This document shows positions 41,778 through 53,923 of a stretch of DNA of 64,000 nucleotides, in pieces. Position 1 is the stretch's first letter, and each line of letters starts with the position of its first letter. The notes under the pieces are model-generated. The model worked only from the letters and a program-made list of their open reading frames with translations. It searched no databases and was not told the DNA's origin. Made by a program: the position numbers and the translations under genes. Source of the DNA: the human T2T-CHM13v2.0 reference genome, Homo sapiens; assembly GCF_009914755.1 (NCBI RefSeq), contig NC_060925.1; one strand, written 5' to 3'.

Positions 41778-42833
41778 AAGCTCCTTTAAAACTGCACCTA
41801 AGTCAGGCGAAGCCATTAGATTAATTCTTTTTATCTACCTCACTTGTTTGTTTTTGCCTGTTATGTCCTGTGCGCCTTCCTACTCCTTTCTCCTCACCTC
41901 TTTCACAACAAGACGTGTATTTGCAAACACCACTTAGAAGGCCAGTACCTCCAAAGAAGTCTCCTTTGCAGTTAATTTATGTGTACTGTTCCTAAAGCCA
42001 GCCCGTACCCATGAAGAGCAACACAATCTGCTAGTCCCAAAAGCAAGAAGTGTCGACCTTGCAGCAAGATTTAGATGCTTCAGAAGCCAAACTAGATGTA
42101 GAAGCTCCAAAGGTGCAGAAAAAGAACTCCAAAATGTTGACTTTTACCTCTGTCCTAAGAATCACCCTGATGCTAGCTGTCAAGATACTTATCAGTTTTT
42201 CTGCCCTGATTAGACATGTGTAACTTTAGCCACCTACTCTAAAAGGTCAACCAGATCTTCATTCCATAACTCGTGCTTCTCGTCCTAAATTATGTACTAG
42301 AAAAAATTGTAATCCTCTTACTATAACTGTCCATGACCCTAATTCAACTCAATAATATTATGGCATGTCATAAAGATTAAGATTTTATATCCCAAGATTT
42401 GATATTAAGACTATGTTCACCATCCAAAAAAAATCCTAGTCTCATAGAGCCCACCCAAGCCAATCAAGCCTTTAACTGCTCTGTGACCCTATGTTCCAGG
42501 AACCCCCTGACAAAGTTGATTTAACTGTTCCTCCACCATTCTTAGTCATAAAAGATACACTCCAAAAGTTCAAAAAAATCTAAATAAGCACCAACAGAAA
42601 TGAGAAAATAACATCCCCTAGTATCAAAACATGTTCAACTAGAAACCCTCCTAACTACTTTAATCACTAAGTTAGCTAGACCTCTTCTCATCATACTATT
42701 AAGTTTAATTTTTAAGCCTTATATATTAAATTAATTTCTTAATTTTATAAAACAATGCATAGCTTCTGTCAAACTTATGTATCTTAAGACTCAATATAAC
42801 CCCCTTGTTATAACTAAGGAATCAACGTTTTGA
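41778..42833 (+). pseudogene. HERV-T env remnant, hypermutated and internally deleted
   Basis: Manual translation KTAPKSGEAIRLILFIYLTCLFLPVMS...VDFYLCP.NHPDASCQDTYQFFCPD*TCVTLATYS...LCTRKNCNPLTITVHDPN...DKVDLTVPPPFLV|IKDT...ENNIP*YQNMFN*...IASVKLMYLKTQY matches ERVS71-1 Env as I recall it. Confidence 0.88.
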
Positions 42834-42857
42834 TTCCCCAAAAACACAAGTGAGGAA

Positions 42858-43418
42858 TGTAATGCCCAACCTGGTTTTTACTAACTCTGTTTTTAGACTC
42901 TCCCTTTTCCTTTAATCACCTAGCCTTGTCTCCACCTGAATTGACTCTCCCTTAGCTAAAAGAGCCAGACAGACTCCATCTTGGCTCTTTCACTGGCAGC
43001 CCCTTCCTCAAGGACTTAACTTGTGCAAGCTGACTCCCAGCACATCCAAGAATGCAATTAACTGATAAGATACTGTGGCAAGCTATATCCACAGTTCCCA
43101 AGAATTCGTCTGATTGATAACGCCCAAAGCCCCAGGTCTATCACCTTGTAATAGTCTTAAAGCCCCTGCACCTGGAACTGTTTACTTTCCTGTAACCATT
43201 TATCCTTTTAACTTTTTGACTACTTTACTTCTGTAAAATTGTTTTAACTAGATCCACCCCCCCATCCCCTTCCTAAACCAAAGTATAAAAGTTAATCAAG
43301 CCCTTTCCTTGAAGCTGAGAAAATTTTAAGCGTTAGCCGTCTTCCAGTCACCAGCTAATGAAAGACTCTTAATTTGTCTCAAAGTGTTGCGTTTTCTCTA
43401 ACTCGCTCAAGTACAACA
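42858..43418 (+). promoter_or_regulatory. LTR6 (3' LTR) with TATA, GATA and FOXA motifs
   Basis: TATAAAA 43284-43290; TGATAA 43063 and 43115; CTATCA 43138; TGTTTAC 43179; activity not shown. Confidence 0.6.
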
Positions 43419-44860
43419 ATCTCCTGTAGTGCTTGGCACTTAGTATCTATTCTGTTACCTATGGAATGAATGAATGGATATATTATACCCTCTGCCTCCA
43501 AGTTGTCTTATCATTTATGTTTCTCTGTCATAAACATAATTCAACATATTCCTTTTGGTTGTTCTCAGACTTTCTTAGCTTTCTTATAATTATATGCCAT
43601 TCTTGTTTTTCATGACGTTTTACATCGTGAATTTCACTTAGAAGATGATTATTTTGGGATGATTCCTTCACCTAAAAGAAGCTAAGGGTAAGTGCATTTA
43701 GAGAGAGATTGTTGAGAACCCTTTAGCCCTAATGCATTTATTCAGAGTGCACTGGACTATGTCTTTGCAGAACTTGTCAAATTGTTGTGGTCCTAATGTC
43801 CTTTTAGAGTGTTGTTCTTTGCTGATTTGTAGTTTCTAAGCAACATTGTTAGGATTATGGATTTCCAACTCCACTTAACAACTGGTAAAAATGATACGTG
43901 GGATAAACTCTAGTCTAAATTTGTTCTTAGTAGACATGAGTAGCCTCTGGTTCTGCACACTCAGGCTTAGCCTAAAAGAGGGTTAAAATAACACTTTGAC
44001 AACAAGAGCTGTGGGCATGGAGGAATGTTATCCATTGAAATGTTTCCTTGATTTTAATAATCTTGACTCAAATGAGCTCATGTTATTTTTATTTTTAAAG
44101 AGCTTAGCACACAATCTGGCACAGAATGAATGTTCGATAAGTGTTAGCTATTATTATTGTTGTTATTGTTAACAAAGCATTTTCCTTTGCATCTTCTTCC
44201 TTAGGTCTTTCTTTCTTATGATTCTTTGATATCCCATTACATGCAAATACATCTTACTGAAAAGATCTGTGAACAAATGGTTGACTCATGCTTTTTATTT
44301 TGTGCACTGTTACCCTTTGGTCTTTTTGCCTGCATGAAGGCTGTTGTCACTCACTATTGCTATGGGTTGTGTTGCAGCACTTTCCCATTACACTATTTGT
44401 ACCATCTTCATCCCAAATCAGCCCTGTCTCTTGTTTATCTTAATATGGTCAATCAGTTGCTACAGCTTCCTCACACACTCATAGCCAAAGACTCCCTGTT
44501 TGACTAGGGGATTACAAAAAACAACAATCACCACAATAATAACAGCTAATATTTGTTGACTGCTTTCTCTAGGCTAGGCTGTGTGGCACTTAACATCTGT
44601 TATGTCATTTAATTAACACAATAAATTGATGAGGTAGAAATCAGTTTGTAAATTACAGTGTTCTGCTAAGGTAATGCTACTGTCATCCCCCAAATTTTGG
44701 TCAAGTCTTGTTTCAGTGCTCTAGCCATGTCATAGCTTTGTTACTGGGTATCAGTGCATAGATATATTGATACTAGGTCTGGGGTTGAAAGAGGGAGCTA
44801 TCAGCTCTTAGAGGCCAGAGGGGACATGACATGATAATGAACAAGAAACACAAGGGAAAG

Positions 44861-45434
44861 TGTATTAGTTTTCTGTTGCTGTTATAACAAATCACCACAA
44901 ATTTAGCTATTTAAAACAACATAAATGTGTTACAGTTCTGTAGGTCAGAGTCTGGTGTGGTGTAGGTCAGAGTCTGGTGTTAAAATAAACTAAAACTTTA
45001 TTTTAGTTTGACCTAAAATAAAGGTCAGACTTTATTTTATTTGGGCCAAAATAAAGATGTCAGCAGGGATGCATTAATTTCTGGAAGCTCTGGAAGGGAA
45101 TCAATTTCCTTACCTTTTCCAGCTTTCTGGGGCTGCTGGCATTCCTTGGCTTGTTTCCCCTCCTATCTTCAAAGCCAGGAACATTTGAGTGGGTCATTCT
45201 CATGCTACCATCACTGTCACTTGCATGCTCTTTTACTTCCCATTTCCACTTATAAAAGCCCTTGTGGTTGCATTGGAGTCACCCAGGTTATCTAGGATGA
45301 TCTCCCTATATCATACTCAGCTGATTAGCAACCTTAATTCCGTTTACAACCTTAACTTCCCTTTACCATGTAACCTAATACATTCACAGCTTCCAAGGAT
45401 TAGGACATTTCTGGGAGGTCATTACTTTGCCACA
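44861..45434 (-). mobile_element. MLT1D/E LTR with a local rearrangement
   Basis: TGTATTAGTTTTCTGTTGCTGTTATAACAAATCACCACAAATTTAG...CTGATTAGCAACCTTAATTCC...GCCACA. Confidence 0.8.
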
Positions 45435-45544
45435 AGAAGTTGAATCCTTAGGAACAGAGTTGGGACACTATGGAATAACCACTTCTGTCCCATCCCAGGA
45501 GATTATCCTTATAGTGTCAACATTGGTGACCTTTGCTATTCTTT

Positions 45545-45859
45545 CTTTTTTTAAATTTTAAATTAAAAAAAAATTGTTTTTGAGACAGGGTTTTGCTTTG
45601 TCATGGCTGGAGTGCCATGGCACGATCATGGCTCATGGTGGTCTTAAACACCTGGGCTCAAGCAATCCTCCTACCTCAGCCTTTTAAGTAGCTAGCACTC
45701 AGGTGCATGCCACCCACCACACCTGGCTAATTTTAAAAAACTTTTTTTGTAGAGATGGGGTCTGGCTATGTTGCTGGTCTGTAACACCTGGCCTCAAGTG
45801 AGCCTTCCTCCTCTGCCTCCCAAAGTCTTGGAATTACAGGTGTGAGCCATTGTGCCCAG
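45545..45859 (-). mobile_element. AluJ
   Basis: CCTGGGCTCAAGCAATCCTCCTACCTCAGCC; diverged. Confidence 0.88.
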
Positions 45860-45891
45860 TTAACTATTCTCATATTAAAGAATACAGACTT

Positions 45892-48508
45892 GGGAGACCT
45901 GGCAAGATGGCAGAATAGGAACAGCTCCAGTCTGCAGCTCCCAGTAAGATCAACGCAGAAGGCAGGTGATATCTGCATTTCCAACTGAGGTACCCAGCTC
46001 ATCTCACTGGGACTGGTTAGACAGTGGGTGCAGCCCACAGAGGGCAAGGCAAAGCAGGGTGGGGCGTTGCCTCACCTGGGAAGTGCAAGGGTTCAGGGAA
46101 CTTCCTCCCCTAGCCAGGGGAGGCCGTGAGGACTGTACTGTGAGGAATGTTTCACCCCAGCCCAGATACTCACTTTTCCTGTGGTCTTCACAACCCACAG
46201 ACCAGGAGATTCTCTCGGGTGCCCATGCCACCAGGGACCTGGGTTTCAAGCACAAAACTGGGCGGCCGTTTGGGCAGACACTGAGCTTAGCTGCAAGAGT
46301 TTTTTTTTCATACCCCAGTGGCGCCTGGAATGCCAGTGAGACAGAACCATTCACTGCCCTGGAAAGGGGTGCTGAAGCCAGGGAGCTGAGTGGTCTAGCT
46401 CAGCAGATCCCACCCCCACGGAGCCCAGCAAGCTAAGATCCACTGGCTTGAAATTCTCGCTGACAGCATAACAGTCTGAAGTCGACTTGGGATGCTCGAG
46501 CTTGATGGAGGGAGGGGCGTCCACCATTACTAAGGCTTGAGTAGGCAGTTTTCCCCTCACAGTGTAAACAAAGCAGCCAGGAAGTTCGAACTGAAAGGAG
46601 CACACCACAGCACCACAAAACCGCTGTAGCCAGACTGCCTCTCTAGCTTCCCTCTCTCTGGGCAGGTCATCCCTGAAAGAAAGACAGCAGCTCCAGTCAC
46701 AGGCTTATAGATAAAACTCCCATCTCCTTGGGACAGAGCACCTGCGGGAAGAGGTGACTGTTGGCGCAGCTTCAGCAGACTTAAATGTTCCTGCCTGCCA
46801 GCTCTGTGCAGTGGATCTCCCAGCACAGCACTCGAGCTCTGCTAAGGGTCAGACTGCCTCCTTAAGTGGGTCCCTGACCCCCCGTGTCTCCTGACTGGGA
46901 GACACCTTCTAGCAGAGGCTGACAGACACATCATACAGGTGAGCTCCAGCTGGCATCTGGTGGGTGCCCCTCTGGGATGAAGCTTCTAGAGGAAAAAACA
47001 GGCAGCAATCTTTGCTATTCTGCAGCCTCTGCTGCTGATACCAAGGCAAATAGGGTCTGGAGTGGACCTCCAGCAAACTCCAGCAGACCTGCAGCAGATG
47101 GGCCTGACTGTTAGAAGAACTAACAAACAGAAAGGAATAGCATCAACATCAATAAAAAAAAGTCCACTCAGAAACCCCATCCGAAGGTCACCAACATCAA
47201 ACACCAAAGGTAGATAAATCCATGAAGACGGGTTCAGCGCAAAAAGGCTGAAAATTCCAAAAATGAAATGCCTCTTCTCCTCCAAAGGATCACAACTCCT
47301 GTCCAGCAAGGAAACAAAACTGGATGGAGAATGAGTTTGATGGATTGACAGAAATAGGCTTCAGAAGGTGGGTAATAACAAACTCCTCTGAGCTAAAGAA
47401 GCATGTTCTAACCCAAAGCAAGGAAGCTAAGAACGTGGAAAAATGTTTAGAAAAATTGCTAACTAGAATAACCAGCTTAGAGAAGAAAATAAATGACCTG
47501 ATGGAGCTGAAAACCATAGCATGAGAACTTCATGAAGCATACACAAGTATCAATGGCCGAATTGATCAAGCGGAAGAAAGGATATCAGAGATTGAAGATC
47601 AACTTAATGAAATAAAGAGTGAAGACAAGATTAGAGAAAAAAGAATGAAAAGGAACAAACAAAGCTTTCAAGAAATATGGGACTATGTGAAAAGATCAAA
47701 CCTACATTTGATTGGTGTACATGAAAGTGATGGGGAGAATGGAACCAAATTGGAAAACACTCTTCAGGATATTATCCAGGAGAACCTCCCCAACCTAGAA
47801 AGACAGGCCAACGTTCAAATTCAGGAAATACAGAGAACACCACAAAGATGCTCCTTGAGAAGAGCAAGCCCAAGACACATAATTGTCAGATTCACCAAGG
47901 TTGAAATGAAGGAAAAAATGTTAAGGGCAGACAGAAAGGTTGGGTTACCCACAAAGGTAAGCCCATCAGACTAACAATAGATCTCTCTGCAGAAACCCTA
48001 CAAGCCAAAAGAGAATGGGGGCCAATATTCAACATTCTTAAAGAAAAGAATTTTCAATCCAGAATTTCATATCCAGCCAAACTAAGCTTCATAAGTGAAG
48101 GAGAAATAAAATCCTTTACAGACAAGTAAATGCTGAGAGATTTTGTCACCTCCAGGCCTGCCTTCCAAGAGCTCCTGATGGAAGCACTAAACATGGAAGG
48201 GAACAAATGGTACCAACAACTGCAAAGACACACCAAATGGTAAAGACCATTGACACTATGAAGAAACTAAATCAACTAATGGACAAAGTAACCAGCTAGC
48301 ATCATAATGACAGGATCAAATTCACAGATAACAATATTAACCTTAAATGTAAATGGGCTAAATGCCCCAATTAAAAGACGCAGACTGGCAAATTGGATAA
48401 AGAGTCAAGACCCATCCGTGTGCTGTATTCAGGAGACCCATCTTATGTTCAAAGATGCATATAGGCTCAAAATAAAGGGATGCAGGAAGATCTACCAAGC
48501 AAATGGAA

Positions 48509-48548
<40 letters not shown>

Positions 48549-51500
48549 AGAGGTTGCAATCCTAGTCTCTGATAAAACAGACTTTAAACCAACAAAGATT
48601 AAAAGAGACAAAGAAGGCCATCACATAATGGTAAAGGGATCAATTCAACAAGAAGAGCTAACTATCCTAAATATATATGCACCCAATACAGGAGCACCCA
48701 GATTCATAAAGCAAGTTCTTAGAGACCTCCAAAGAGACTTAGACTCCCACACAATAATCCTGGGAGAATTTAACACCCCACTGTCAATATTAGACAGATC
48801 AACGAGACAGAAAATTAACAAGGAAATTCAGGACTTGAACTCAGCTCTGGACTGAGCAGACCTAATAGACATCCACAGAATTCTCCACCCCAAATCAACA
48901 GAATATACATTCTTCTCAGCACCACATCACACTTATTCTAAAATTGACCACATAATTGGAAGTAAAACACTCCTCAGCAAATGCAAAAGAATGGAAATCA
49001 TAACAAACTGTCTCTCAGACCACAGTGCAATAAAATTAGAACTCAGGATTAAGAAACTCACTCAAAACCACACAACTACATGGAAACTGAAAAACCTGCT
49101 CCTGAATGACTACTGGGTAAATAACAAAATTAAGGCAGAAATAAAGATCTTCTTTGAAACCAATGAGAACAAAGACACAACATACCAGAATCTCTGGGAC
49201 ACAGATAAAGCAGTGTATAGAGGGAAATTTATAGCACTAAATGCCCACAAGAGAAAGCAGGAAAGATCTAAAATTGACACCCTAACGTCACAATTAAAAG
49301 AACAAGAGAAGCAAGAGCAAACAAATTCAAAAGCTAGCAGAAGACAAGAAATAACTAAGATCAGAGCAGAACTGAAGGAGACAGACATACAAAAAAATGC
49401 TTCAAAAAAACAATGAATCCAGGAGATGGTTTTTTAACAAGACCAACAAAATAGATAGACCACTAGCCAGACTAATAAAAAAGAAGAGAGAAGAATCAAA
49501 TAGATGCAATAAAAAATGATAAAGGGGATATCACCACTGATCCCACTGAAATACAAACAACCATCAGAGAATACTATGAACACCTCTACACAAATAAACT
49601 AGAAAACCTAGAAGAAATGGATGAATTCCTAGACACATACACCCTCCCAAGTCTAAACCAGGAAGAAGTCAAACCCCTGAATACACCAATAACAAGTTCT
49701 GAAATGGAGGCAGTAATTAATAGCTTACCAACCAAAAAAAGTTCAGGACCAGACAGATTCACAGCCAAATTCACCAGAGGTACAAAGAGGAGATGGTACC
49801 ATTCCTTCTGAAACTATTCCAAACAATAGAAAAGGAGGGACTCCTCCTTAACTCATTTTGTGAGGCCAGCATCATCCTGATACCAAAAGTTGGCAGAGAC
49901 ACAACAAAAAAAGAAAATTTCAGGCCAATGTCCCTGATGAACATTGATGTGAAAATCCTCAATAAAATACTGGCAAACCAAATCCAGCAGCACATCAAAA
50001 AGCGTATCCACCATGATCAAGTTGGCTTCATCCCTGGGATGCAAGGCTGGTTCAACATATGCAAATCAATAAACATAATCCATCACATAAACAGAACTAA
50101 TGACAAAAACCACATGATTATCTCAATAGATGCAGAAAAAAGCCTTTGATAAAATTCAACACTCCTTCATGCTAGAAACTCTCAATAAACTAGGTATTGA
50201 TGGAATGTATCTCAAAATAATAAGAGCTCTTTATGACAAACCCACAGTCAATATCACAGTGAATGGGCAAAAACTGGAAGCATTCCCTTTGAAAACTGGC
50301 ACAGCACAAGGATGCCATCTCTCACCACTCCTATTCAACATAGTATGGGAAGTTCTGGCCGGGGCAATCAGGCAGGAGAAAGAAATAAAGGGTATTAAAA
50401 TAGGAAGAGAGGAAGTCAACTTGTCTCTCTTTGCAGATGACATGATTGTATATTTAGAAAACCCCATTGTCTTAGCCCCAAATCTCCTTAAGCTGATAAG
50501 CAACTTCAGCAAAGTCTCAGGATACAAAATAAATGTGCAAAAATCACAAGCATTCCTATATACCAATAATAGAGAGCCAAATCATGAGTGAATTCCCATT
50601 CACAATTGGTACAAAGAGAATAAAGTACCTAGGAATACAATGCACAGGGATGTGCAGGACCTCTTCAAGGAGAACTACAAACCACACTGCTCAAGGAAAT
50701 AAGAGGGCACACAAATGGAAAAACATCCCATCCTCATGGGTAGAAATAATCAATATTGTGAATATGGCCATACTGCCTAAAGTAATTTATAGATTCAATG
50801 CTATCCCCATCAAGCTACCATTGACTTTCTTCACAGAATTAGAAAAAACTACTTTAAAGTTCATATGGAACCCAAAAAGAGCCCGCATAGCCAAGACACT
50901 CCTAAGCAAAAAGAACAAAGCTGGTGGCATCACGCTACCTGACTTCAAACTATACTACAAGGCTACAGTAACCAAACAGCATGCTACTGGTACCAAAACA
51001 GATATATAGACCAATGGAACCGAACAGAGGCCTCAGAAATAACTCCACACATCTACAACCATCTGATCTTTGACAAACCTGACAAAAACAAGAAATGGGG
51101 AAAGGATTCCCTATTTAATAAATGGTGTTGGGAAAACTGGCTAGCCATACGCAGAAAACTGAAACTGGATCCCTTCCTTACACCTTATACAAAAATTAAC
51201 TCAAGATGGATTAAAGACTTAAACATAAGACCTAAAACTGTAAAAACCCTGGAAGAAAATCTAGGCAATTCCATTAAGGACATAGGCATGGGGAAAGACT
51301 TCATGACTAAGTCATGAAAGCAATGGCAACAAAAGCCAACATTGACAAATTGGATCTAATTTAACTAAAGAGCTTCTACACAGCAAAAGAAACTGTCATC
51401 AGAGTGAACAGGCAACCTACAGAATGGGAGAAAATTTTTGCAATCTATCCATCTGACAAAGGTCTAATATCCAGAATCTACAAAGAATTTAAACAAATTT

Positions 51501-52353
51501 ACAAGAAAAAAACAAACAACTCCATCAAAAAGTGGGAAAAGGATATGAATAAACACTTCTCAAAAGAAGACATTTATGCAACCAATAAACATGAAAAAAA
51601 GCTCATCATCACTGGTCATTAGAGGAATGCAAATCAAAACCACAATAAGATACCATCTCATGCCTGTTAAAATGGCGATCATTAAAAAGTCAGGAAGCGA
51701 CAGATGCTGGAGAGGATGTGGAGAAATAGGAACATTTTACACTGTTGGTGGGAGTGTAAATTAGTTCAACCATTGTGGAAGACAGTGTGGTGATTCCTCA
51801 AGGATCTAGAACCAGAAATCCCATGTGACCCAGCAATTGCATTACTGGGTATATACCCAAAGGATTATAAATCGTTCTACTATAAAGACACATGTACACA
51901 TGTGTTTATTGCAGCACTGTTCACAATAGCAAAGAGTTGGAACCAACCCAAATGCCCATCCATGATAGACTAGATAAAGAAAATGTGGCACATATACACC
52001 ATGGAATACTATGGAGCCATAAAAATGATGAGTTCCTGTCCTTTGCAGGGACATGGATGAAGCTGGAAACTATCATTCTTAGAAAACTAACACAGGAACA
52101 GAAAACCAAACACTGCATGTTCTCACTCATGAGTGGGAGTTGAACAATGAGAACACATGGACATAGGGAGGGGTACATCACATGCTGGGTCTTGTCAGGG
52201 TTTCGGGGGCTAGGGGAGGGATAGCATTAGGAGAAATACCTAATGTAGATGATGGGTTGATGGGTGCAGCAAACCACCATGACACGTGTATACCTATGTA
52301 GCAAACCTGCACGTTCTGCACATGTACCATAGAACTTAAAGTATAATAAAAAA
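45892..52353 (+). mobile_element. Full-length LINE-1, L1PA7-like, inactive
   Basis: GGCAAGATGGCAGAATAGGAACAGC start; ORF1 to 48243 and ORF2 48307-52143, both disrupted; 3' end GTAGATGATGGGTTGATGGGTGCAGCAAACCACCATG; degenerate TSD AAAGAATACAGACTT 45877-45891 / ACAGAATATAGACCTT 52399-52414. Confidence 0.95.
48307..52143 (+). pseudogene. L1 ORF2 remnant
   Basis: MTGSNSQITILTLNVNGLN..., [19 protein letters not shown]; multiple frameshifts. Confidence 0.92.
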
Positions 52354-52583
52354 GTACATATAGTTGCAACTTATCTAAATAATAAAAAATATTAAAAAAC
52401 AGAATATAGACCTTATTTAGTGTCTATATGCAACATGCCACAGCAGCCATAGCATATGTTTTACTTACATTACCTCTTTTAGCCTCCATCACAATCTTGC
52501 AATGTGGCTACTATGACCATTTTACATATGAAGGCATATAAGCTTTGAGAGGTTAAGGAGTGGCTTCAAGTTCACTCAGCTAT

Positions 52584-53179
52584 TGTATATTAATTTTATT
52601 TGTTGCATAATGTGTTCCTACAAACTTAGCAGCTGAAAATAACACCCATTTATTAGCTAACAGTTCTGTAAATTAGAGGCTTAGTCATGGTAAGGGTGGT
52701 TTTTCTGTTCACATTCTTGAAAGTCTGAAATCTAGATGTTGCCCAGGCTGCCATTTCTTTTCTGGAGTCTCTGAAAAAGAATCTGGTCCCAATATCCTTC
52801 TTGTTGTTGGATGAATTAAATTCTTCATGGTTGTAGCTTGCTGTCAGCTGGGGCGACTCTCAAGTCCTATCTTCTGTATTCCTTGCCACATGGCTTCCTC
52901 CATTTTCAAAGCTATTAAGAGAGACTCTCCCTTGTGTTGAATCCCTCTCATGCTTCAAATCTCTTGCCAGGGAAAGCTTCACCTTTTTAAGGTTTACCTG
53001 ATTAGGTTGGGACCACTGAGGATAATTTCTCTTTTTGAAGGTCAAATGTGGTATATAATATACACCAATTAAAGAGAGTTTATCCTATCACATCCCTAAG
53101 TCCCTCCTACACTCAAGGGGACAGGACTATACAAGGATGTGAGTCACTAGAGGATCATGTTAGAATTCCACCCACCACA
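52584..53179 (-). mobile_element. MLT1E-type LTR
   Basis: CAAACTTAGCAGCTGAAAATAACACCCATTTATTAGCT...TTAGAATTCCACCCACCACA. Confidence 0.75.
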
Positions 53180-53379
53180 AAGAGGTAAAGTCAGTCTTAA
53201 ATTTACATATATTGGATTCCAAGGCCCATGCTGTTTCACTAGGATAGCCTGCATGCAAAGACAAAGACCTTTATTTTTTCTCAAAATAATAGTGATATAG
53301 TCACAAACATGTCTATATCATTTTGCTATTTTAAAACCTCTGAGGGATGTCTTCTTATCTTATTAATGTCTATTTAACA

Positions 53380-53923
53380 TTGAATTCCTGGAGGCATTCG
53401 TATTAAAATAATAAATAAAGCAAAGATGCCTACTAATTACCATTTTAAAATTTAACATTGTTTTGGAAGTTATGGTGAATTTAATAAGACCTGAAACAGA
53501 AATTAGGGATGTATATACTGAAATGGATAATATTATTATATTCAGAGGATATTATTGTGCACCCAGAAATTCCAAGAGAAACAAGGTTGTAAATAATTGG
53601 GATTAGAAAGTAAATGTTTAGTACAGTAGCTAGACATATCTATCAATAGGTAAAAAATCCAACAGGAAAAAGCATCCCAACTGAAATAATTTTAGAAGAC
53701 ATAAAAATATCTTGATGAATAAATAGAACTTGCATGAAATATATTGAAAACTCTTCTGAGAAAAATAAAAGACAAATAATTAAGAGATATACATTGTTTC
53801 TTGACTGGAGTACCAAAAACTTTGAAGATATAAATTACTTCAAATTGAAAATTTATAGGTTTATTATAATTTAAATCAAATATCACAATTGAAATTTTTA
53901 AGGAACCTTAAAAAAACTGATTT
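53380..53923 (+). mobile_element. Very old L1M ORF2 (RT region) fragment
   Basis: GCAAAGATGCC...TTTAACATTGTTTTGGAAGTT...TTCAGAGGATATTATTGTG...CCAAGAGAA degenerate RT motifs. Confidence 0.6.

Larger units (their letters stand above)
41700..43418 (+). mobile_element. Deleted HERV-T (HERVS71) provirus: 78-bp 5' LTR stub, env remnant, PPT, complete 3' LTR6
   Basis: TG...CA ends; 4-bp TSD ATCT at 41696-41699 and 43419-43422; 41700-41777 repeats 42858-42935 with 3 mismatches; sits in an L2 3' end. Confidence 0.92.
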
